Origin: a virus
Taxonomy: Duplodnaviria; Caudoviricetes
Length of the DNA stretch: 64,000 nt
IMG/VR virus record: IMGVR_UViG_3300033073_001635
Location: 32,001 to 96,000 of that record
Strand: one strand, 5' to 3'
Position numbers and translations under genes: made by a program
The notes under the pieces: generated by a model
The model's database searches: none
What the model saw: the letters and a program-made list of their open reading frames with translations, nothing else
Told to the model about the DNA's origin: nothing
Shown: piece after piece, positions 57,677 to 64,000 of the stretch
How the letters are laid out: each line of letters starts with the position of its first letter
How positions within the stretch are numbered: position 1 is the first letter of the stretch

Positions 57677-59035
57677 TTATTGAATCTTTACGTTGATAAC
57701 AGCGATTTGATCAGCAACAATTTCATGAGAAAGAGTAATCAAATCTGAGAAGCCCTTTGTAGCACTACCAGGCATTTTACCAGTAGCGCCAAATTCATCA
57801 CCTTGGAAACCAGTGCGAACTCTTTCAAGTAGACTCTTTGGTTCCTTGAAAACTTGTAGCAAACGACCACAAATCATACCATTAGCAAATGCTTCAGCAA
57901 GATCAGCAGGTTGAATTGCTTTGAAATTTGAATTTTCATCAAAAGTTACATAATCACCAGGACGACCAACACCTACAAAATGTTGCATTCTTTCTTGTGT
58001 AGAAGAAGCACCCACATAAGTATAGAATGAAAGATGCTTACCTGAAAATACTCCGGGAAGATTTGTACCTTCACCATCTTCAGAGTAAATTACAACTAAA
58101 CCTGTAAAATCATCAATGAACCAGTCGCCTTCTTTAGCAAGAAGATCAATACCACTACGCAAACGAGTAGAAGCACCATTAGCTAGATCAGTCCACTTAA
58201 TTGGTGTACGAGTTGTATTACCAGCAATTTCAGAAGGAATACCAAATTGAACAGCTACAAGCTTTTCAACTGGAAGACCAGCAAAACGTGGCATTGCAGC
58301 AAGAGTTGCACCAGAAATTACATTTGCTTGAAGGATTTGTGCAGCTTCACCTTGTACAGCAACTTGAGGTACCTTTACTTGAATGTCAGTAAAGAATTGA
58401 ATTAAATGTTGCTTTTGATAATTTGTAAAATGTAAATTAGCAGGATCATCACCAGCCCAAACAAAAACATCATAAGCTAAAACACCAACTGGAGAAGAAA
58501 TACAATCATAAACAGCATTAGCTAATTTTGCCATTTCAGCTTGTCTATCAATTAAAGCGGCTTGATCATCAGCAATTACATCTAAATCTGCAGAAAAAGC
58601 TTCATGATCAAAAGCAATTAAACCATGATCTCTAAGCGCAGAGACAAAATCTAAAAGGCTAACTTGCTTAACACCATTAACAGCAACATCAACAAATTTA
58701 CCAGTAGTAATATCAATTACTCTAGCATCTTCATCTTGTTGTTGATAAGTAAGCATTACTTGTTCTGGATTTAAATCCATAGCAGCCTTAGCAGCACGTG
58801 CTAAAAGACCTGCAGGAACTACTCTACCATCAGCAAAGAAAGATACAACTTTCCCAGCAGACATTACAAAGTAATCCTTGCTTCTTTGATTTTGCCAAAT
58901 AACTGGTAACCAAGCAGCTGGCTTCCATTCGCCGGCAGGTACAGAAACATTTGTTTGTACTACATTATTTGGGGTGATTTGATCCATCAAATCATTACGA
59001 GTTTTAAATCTACTCTGGAATCTATCAATAGACAT
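57677..59035 (-). CDS. Abundant head accessory/decoration-like protein
   Basis: 452 aa between protease and capsid genes; AGGAG RBS; capsid-like codon bias; GDYVTFDENSNF and MPGSATKG motifs. Confidence 0.6.
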   Translation of the reverse strand: MSIDRFQSRFKTRNDLMDQITPNNVVQTNVSVPAGEWKPAAWLPVIWQNQRSKDYFVMSAGKVVSFFADGRVVPAGLLARAAKAAMDLNPEQVMLTYQQQDEDARVIDITTGKFVDVAVNGVKQVSLLDFVSALRDHGLIAFDHEAFSADLDVIADDQAALIDRQAEMAKLANAVYDCISSPVGVLAYDVFVWAGDDPANLHFTNYQKQHLIQFFTDIQVKVPQVAVQGEAAQILQANVISGATLAAMPRFAGLPVEKLVAVQFGIPSEIAGNTTRTPIKWTDLANGASTRLRSGIDLLAKEGDWFIDDFTGLVVIYSEDGEGTNLPGVFSGKHLSFYTYVGASSTQERMQHFVGVGRPGDYVTFDENSNFKAIQPADLAEAFANGMICGRLLQVFKEPKSLLERVRTGFQGDEFGATGKMPGSATKGFSDLITLSHEIVADQIAVINVKIQ

Positions 59036-59066
59036 ATTGGAACTCCTATATAATTAAGTTATCTAT

Positions 59067-61610
59067 TTAAAAGTTGTTAGGATGAAAACCACGTGGAAGA
59101 TATGCGGATTTAGAATATAGATATTCTTCCGCTGCATCTAATCCAAACTGCTCTACATATTGTTTATATGTATCTACTACAGTTTGTTCATAAGCTGCAA
59201 GCTTGCTTTGCTGAACAGTGGTTTTGACTTCATCATCTGCTTTTAAATGCTCTGATGGATTCTCTACTTTTTTGTTCAACAAATCAAGATTATTTTTGTC
59301 ATTTTTTGCAAGAATAATTGTGTCAATATTTACACTATTTTCAGCGTCATTATTTACACTGTTTTCTTGGACTTTATTGACACTTTCTTGATCTTCAATA
59401 GGCTTATCTATTTCTAAACCTTTGTTTGCAAGAAATTCAAGTATTTGTTTAAATTTATCTTCTAAAAGATTAATTTTAATTAAAGCATCATTATAATTCT
59501 TCTTTAATTCTTCATAATCATTTTTACTTGAAGATTCACATTCTAAGGTTTTTGCTTTAGTATTAACGCAAGCTAAAACTTTTTTCTTTTGATCATCTGA
59601 AATTTTGCTTTGATTAATCAATCTTCTAGCAGCTGTTACATGCGCACAATCTGGTACTGGAAATGATTTATCTGGACCACAAAATACATCAGTGGGTAAT
59701 CTGTTTCTAGCTTCTGCAGAAAGAGCTTTATCTTCCATTAATGCAGTTAGAGCTAAGTCAAGTGTAAACCAGTCAATATCTAAATCATCACTAAAAGAAT
59801 CATCATGTGCTTGTTGTTCTTCTGGTGTAGGTTCAACTACTGGTTCTAACAAATCGTTATCTAGTTCGTTATTTTCGTTTGACATATTAAAATCTTTCTC
59901 TGTCTTTGATTTATTATTTGATTTTTTTGGATGCCCTGAAGGTAATAAGTCGTTGTCGGTTGTATATTTTGGATTAGAAGGACTTCCAGATCTAACTAAT
60001 TTTAGAAATGCATTAACTCTTGCTACACCCCAACCAGAACGAGACATTCCAGGTCTATGTGTGCTAGAGAAAGCACCAGCACCTCTACGGTAAACAGCTT
60101 TCAACATTCCCAATGTTACCTTTTTTCCTTCTTTATCTCCATGTTTTTCGTTATGTTCTTTAACTTTTGCTTTTAATGATTCAAGTACAGAACCAACTTC
60201 AATTGATTTACTAGAATTAGATGCAGACCCCTCTTTATTAACTTCTGAACCTTTTATTCTTTCAGAAGGTTTAGCAGGAGTTTTTGCTCCCTTACCTTCA
60301 GGTGAAGATCTTTCTGCATCTTCTACTTCGTCATTATTAGCTTCAGAAATTTTAATCGCCCAATCAATACCTGAAGTACCACCCCAACCCAACCACGCAA
60401 CATATCCACGATCTTTCCATGGTTCAGATTTAAATTTAGGATCAACTGTAGCATTCTTTCTGTGACGATTAAACATAGCCATACGTTTCACTGTGCTCAA
60501 TCCAATTTCTGGTTTGGTAGCTAATTGTCTAGCACGAGCCCAACCAACAGAAGTCATACCTTTAACTTCAGATCCATGCTTTTCTTTCCAATCAAGTACT
60601 TGTTGTGCATTACCTTTAGCACCTGCAGGAACTTTAAATGTTTTTTCATCATTTAAATTAAAAAGATCAAAATCTTCTAATATTTCTTGGGTTGTTTCTT
60701 TGTTGTTTTCTTGGGTTTCATTGGTTTTTTCATTGGTGTTGGACTCATCGGAAGATCCTCTCTCGTTTTGAATGTCATTATCATTATCCATTTCGAAATC
60801 AGTAAAAATGATTTCAATTGCGTTGTTGTCTTTAATTTGTTTTTCATTAACTGGTAATTCTGAATCAGTCATTCTTTCAATAGAAACTACTTGTGAAAAA
60901 TTATCAGCAGGTGTATTTACTACCGAACCTTCATGTACATTAAAATCACCACAAACAAATACACACATTTCACCATCATAATCTCTACCATGATCATGTT
61001 CGCAAGGACCATCACTAGCCCAATCAGAATTACAAATAGAACAAACATGTCTGTTAGTAGATGAGCCTGCGCTGAATGTTAAATATCTACCATCAAGAAA
61101 TTTTTTAATTGCGTCTTCGTCAGTAATATTTGCTTTAACACGCATTCTACCAACACCTGGCCAATCAGTATTTTTTAATAATGAGTATTTACTTAAAGAT
61201 CTATAAATATGTTCTGGTTCATCAGAATCAAATGCATGTCTTAATTGATTATAAGCTGCTAAATCATTCTTTAAATGACCCATAATATGTTCTGATAAAT
61301 CTTGATATTCTCCACCAATAAATCTACCAATAGGATCTGAATGTTGATCATGGTGTCTAAGTATGGGCTTATTAAAGGGATTAGTTAAAGATTCAATGCC
61401 TTTGCGTTGTCCACGTGCACTATAAATTCTATTATTAATTTTTCTACCAGAGTGAGATAGGTCATAAGTAATTACAAGACCTTTACCTTTAGTATAAGAA
61501 TTAGTAATTAAATTATCTGTAATTTTAATTTTGTCTTCTTTTGATAAACTCAAGATTCTTGAATCAGGATTTATCTGTACATAATCATTAAATTTAATTA
61601 TATTAGGCAT
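59067..61610 (-). CDS. Prohead protease-scaffold fusion with passenger domains
   Basis: N-terminal KPILRHHD...PIGR, DGRYLTFSAG, CSIC...CEH...C, EGSVVNTPAD (HK97-type maturation protease with Zn ribbon); acidic linkers; C-terminal coiled coil; AAGGAGG RBS. Confidence 0.82.
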   Translation of the reverse strand: MPNIIKFNDYVQINPDSRILSLSKEDKIKITDNLITNSYTKGKGLVITYDLSHSGRKINNRIYSARGQRKGIESLTNPFNKPILRHHDQHSDPIGRFIGGEYQDLSEHIMGHLKNDLAAYNQLRHAFDSDEPEHIYRSLSKYSLLKNTDWPGVGRMRVKANITDEDAIKKFLDGRYLTFSAGSSTNRHVCSICNSDWASDGPCEHDHGRDYDGEMCVFVCGDFNVHEGSVVNTPADNFSQVVSIERMTDSELPVNEKQIKDNNAIEIIFTDFEMDNDNDIQNERGSSDESNTNEKTNETQENNKETTQEILEDFDLFNLNDEKTFKVPAGAKGNAQQVLDWKEKHGSEVKGMTSVGWARARQLATKPEIGLSTVKRMAMFNRHRKNATVDPKFKSEPWKDRGYVAWLGWGGTSGIDWAIKISEANNDEVEDAERSSPEGKGAKTPAKPSERIKGSEVNKEGSASNSSKSIEVGSVLESLKAKVKEHNEKHGDKEGKKVTLGMLKAVYRRGAGAFSSTHRPGMSRSGWGVARVNAFLKLVRSGSPSNPKYTTDNDLLPSGHPKKSNNKSKTEKDFNMSNENNELDNDLLEPVVEPTPEEQQAHDDSFSDDLDIDWFTLDLALTALMEDKALSAEARNRLPTDVFCGPDKSFPVPDCAHVTAARRLINQSKISDDQKKKVLACVNTKAKTLECESSSKNDYEELKKNYNDALIKINLLEDKFKQILEFLANKGLEIDKPIEDQESVNKVQENSVNNDAENSVNIDTIILAKNDKNNLDLLNKKVENPSEHLKADDEVKTTVQQSKLAAYEQTVVDTYKQYVEQFGLDAAEEYLYSKSAYLPRGFHPNNF

Positions 61611-61619
61611 TCTGCCTCC

Positions 61620-63377
61620 TTAATCTACTTTATTCGTAGACTGAATAAAGTTTTCAAGTAATTCATTAATATCATCAGTAGATAATAAACTATTCATAGT
61701 ATTAAAAATCAAGTTATTCAAATCTTTTTGATTATTTTCATTTAAGCTATTGACACTTAAATTTTCGTGTACATTATCTTTAGTAAGCTTGGGTGCTAAG
61801 CGAACCCCCCGTTGGTTCGCTGGTCTAGCTTGATTATTAGATTGATTAGCAGGTCCTGGTTTAATTACATTTCCTAAATTATTTGTTTTAACAGGTTGCT
61901 TTTCAGCAACTGCTTTCTTTTCATTTTTCTCTTTATTTAATTGTTCAGTTGTAATATTTGAACTTGGATTAGATGCTAAAGCTTGTGCTGAGGCATCAGC
62001 AGCAGAACCCATTATTTTTAATAAAGCCGCAGGCTCTTCATATAATTTATAATATGTGAATTCTCTATCTTTATCTTGTAAAGATTTTTCACCAAGACGT
62101 TTTCTAGCTTCGTCTTCAGTAATTAATTTATTTAACCAAAGTTGAATAGTTTGATTTTCCATCTTTGATTTTTCTTCTTTATCTACTGTACCAAATTTAA
62201 TTTCAACTCTTTTATCTGGATCTAAAATAGCATCATCAAATCCACCTTCTAAAAGCAATTCATTTATAATATAAGTATCAATAAACATTTTAATATTAGC
62301 TTGTAATGCTTCTACATCTTGAATAGCAGATTTAGATAAAGTGCTTGCTGTACTGCTATTTGCAGAATCTGCTTCACCCATATCCATTGGACTAACACCT
62401 AAACCTGCAAAAACTCTTCTTTTGAAATAATCTAGATATTCCATTGCATTCAATGCTTTTCCTTCAGATCCAATAGCTTCTATTTTGTGTCTATGATCAG
62501 ACACAAAGATACCACCACTAGGCATGTATTCAATAGTCTGTCTTACTAAATCTGTTTCTTTTTGACCGTCAGGTCCATATCTTTCTGGATGTGAATCTGT
62601 ACCTACAGTATAATGAAACAAAGGATGCAAGTTTGCATCAACCATAGATTCTACATTTTCTTCTAATCTTCTTAATAAAGCTAAATCTTCCAATACAGGT
62701 AATATTTCAGGAGTTCCCATTGTAAATCCCGGTTTTTTATTAGTAAAGAAATGCACTACATCTTCAGGTGCAAATTCTTTCATTTTACCTGTATTATGCA
62801 TTATTTGCATAACTTTTTTAATTTCACCATTTGGTTTAACTTTAAACCAAAGAGTTTCAAAAGGTAAAATAAAATAACCAGCTACAGGATCAACTTCTTT
62901 ATTTTGATGAGGTCTAATAACTCCTGAAGAAGCTTCAGAATTTCTAACTTTAACCCACATACAATTAGAAAAGCGAGCTAAATCATGTGCAGTATTAATA
63001 ACCATCATATCAAATGGCATGCCAGAAACTATTTCAATTTCTCTTAAACGTTTCTTTATGTAATCTACAACTTCTTTGTCTTTACCTACAAATTCCCAAC
63101 CAGCTAAAATGACTTTATGAACTTTTTTTTGAATTGCTTTAAACAAGTAAGCATCTGTGTCTTGAGCAATTTGCAATTCAGTTAAATCATATTCAGGTTT
63201 AAACCAATTTCCTCTAAAACGATCAGAATAAGAATAGGCTTTATTATCTACTTTTTTAATAGAGACACCATTTAGATTGTTTACCCAAACTGGTTTATTT
63301 TGATCTTGATGTAATTTGTTTTGCAAATCTAATGTTTGAATAGCTTTGTTTATTAATTTAAATTTACTTGTTGACAT
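61620..63377 (-). CDS. Portal protein
   Basis: EDVVHF...GTPEILPVLEDL, YFKRRVFAGLGVSPMDMG, ITEDEARKRLG; directly upstream of the protease. ATG at 63377 preferred over the track's start at 63386. Confidence 0.88.
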   Translation of the reverse strand: MSTSKFKLINKAIQTLDLQNKLHQDQNKPVWVNNLNGVSIKKVDNKAYSYSDRFRGNWFKPEYDLTELQIAQDTDAYLFKAIQKKVHKVILAGWEFVGKDKEVVDYIKKRLREIEIVSGMPFDMMVINTAHDLARFSNCMWVKVRNSEASSGVIRPHQNKEVDPVAGYFILPFETLWFKVKPNGEIKKVMQIMHNTGKMKEFAPEDVVHFFTNKKPGFTMGTPEILPVLEDLALLRRLEENVESMVDANLHPLFHYTVGTDSHPERYGPDGQKETDLVRQTIEYMPSGGIFVSDHRHKIEAIGSEGKALNAMEYLDYFKRRVFAGLGVSPMDMGEADSANSSTASTLSKSAIQDVEALQANIKMFIDTYIINELLLEGGFDDAILDPDKRVEIKFGTVDKEEKSKMENQTIQLWLNKLITEDEARKRLGEKSLQDKDREFTYYKLYEEPAALLKIMGSAADASAQALASNPSSNITTEQLNKEKNEKKAVAEKQPVKTNNLGNVIKPGPANQSNNQARPANQRGVRLAPKLTKDNVHENLSVNSLNENNQKDLNNLIFNTMNSLLSTDDINELLENFIQSTNKVD

Positions 63378-63522
63378 TTGAATCACTCTTCTTTTCTACA
63401 GTTAGTTTTGAAATTAATTTTAAATTCATTTCAGAAAGCAACAATTGAATCCTTTGAGGATCGTTTGCAAGTCTTTTTGCAGCATCAAAAAACAAAGTTG
63501 CCTTTAATTGATTTAAATCCAT
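63364..63522 (-). CDS. Small hypothetical protein (52 aa), absent from the ORF track
   Basis: MDLNQLKATLFFDAAKRLANDPQRIQLLLSEMNLKLISKLTVEKKSDSNVNK; AAGGTG RBS; fills the gap between the upstream gene's stop and the portal start. Confidence 0.6.
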   Translation of the reverse strand: MDLNQLKATLFFDAAKRLANDPQRIQLLLSEMNLKLISKLTVEKKSDSNVNK

Positions 63523-63523
63523 A

Positions 63524-64000
63524 TTACACCTTACCTGTATGCATGTTCATTATTAATTCATTATAAACTTTATCTAAGTTTTCGTCATTTATTTTTACAT
63601 TAGTAAACCCATTACATTCATCTGGATCTAAATAATACTTTTTGCCATTGTTTAAATTAGTAACTTGAACTTGTCCAAATAAACTTTGAGCATTTAAAGT
63701 ATTTGTAGAAGCATTTAAAGGATTATTAACTACAGTATCGATTTGGATTTGATTATTATAATTTTGTGCAATTATAGAGTTTACTAATTTTGGATTTTGT
63801 TTAAATTTTTTACAATCTGTTAAACCAGATTGTATTAATTTCCAAATAACTCTAACAAATCTAATTAAATGTAATAACTCTAAAATACTACCAGTAATTT
63901 GAATATCGTAATCTAAAGTTTCATTAATATATAATGATAAAGCCTTTATAGAATTTATTAAATCTCCCGTTAAGTCTTTTATAAATTTTTTTGTAGTTTT
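63524..64000 (-). CDS. Partial hypothetical protein (C-terminal 158 aa; starts beyond the right edge)
   Basis: Open frame from 64000 (KTTKKFIKDLTGDL...) to TAA at 63524..63526. Confidence 0.75.
   Translation of the reverse strand, partial: KTTKKFIKDLTGDLINSIKALSLYINETLDYDIQITGSILELLHLIRFVRVIWKLIQSGLTDCKKFKQNPKLVNSIIAQNYNNQIQIDTVVNNPLNASTNTLNAQSLFGQVQVTNLNNGKKYYLDPDECNGFTNVKINDENLDKVYNELIMNMHTGKV

Noticed and set aside
49335-59066. TAAATA as a T4-like late promoter in the gaps at ~49350 and ~59065
   Set aside because: Too common in such AT-rich DNA, partly formed by stop codons, and not consistently placed upstream of genes
678-63566. All short plus-strand ORFs in the track (e.g. 56925..57434, 59692..60093, 23298..23534)
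   Set aside because: They lie antisense to long, motif-bearing minus-strand genes and have compositions expected of shadow frames; I saw no independent support for them
1-64000. Alternative genetic code (stop codon reassignment)
   Set aside because: Code 11 gives near-complete coding density with ORFs up to 10.4 kb; TAA, TAG and TGA all occur as stops at gene junctions
1-64000. CRISPR array, tRNA/rRNA genes, transposase, diversity-generating retroelement
   Set aside because: No spaced direct repeats, no intergenic room for RNA genes, and no recombinase, transposase or reverse transcriptase motifs seen by eye

Overview
AT-rich, gene-dense phage DNA. The whole 64 kb is one minus-strand virion morphogenesis cluster of a large contractile-tailed (myovirus-type) phage, read in the standard genetic code with AGGAG-type ribosome-binding sites. 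In transcription order (right to left) it encodes: portal, prohead protease/scaffold with passenger domains, a head accessory protein, major capsid protein, a hairpin terminator, Ig-like and neck proteins, tail sheath, three tube-like paralogs, two tail-chaperone-like paralogs, a 1494-aa tape-measure-like protein, a 3222-aa protein, a tube-initiator-like protein, a 3467-aa baseplate hub, gp25-like and J-like wedge proteins, and a run of large baseplate/fibre-like proteins. The main finding is that the 3222-aa protein in the tape-measure locus carries, in the expected order, the motifs of a single-chain two-barrel RNA polymerase (K757..K764-G, R1354-N-P, GDFDGD at 2779-2784). Its catalytic barrel appears split by an insertion of about 1370 aa, so it is a candidate virion-packaged, tail-ejected RNA polymerase. 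The hub protein also carries a CPPC thioredoxin-like domain, an M15-type Zn peptidase domain and membrane hairpins. All calls come from motif reading and gene order only; no database searches were run.
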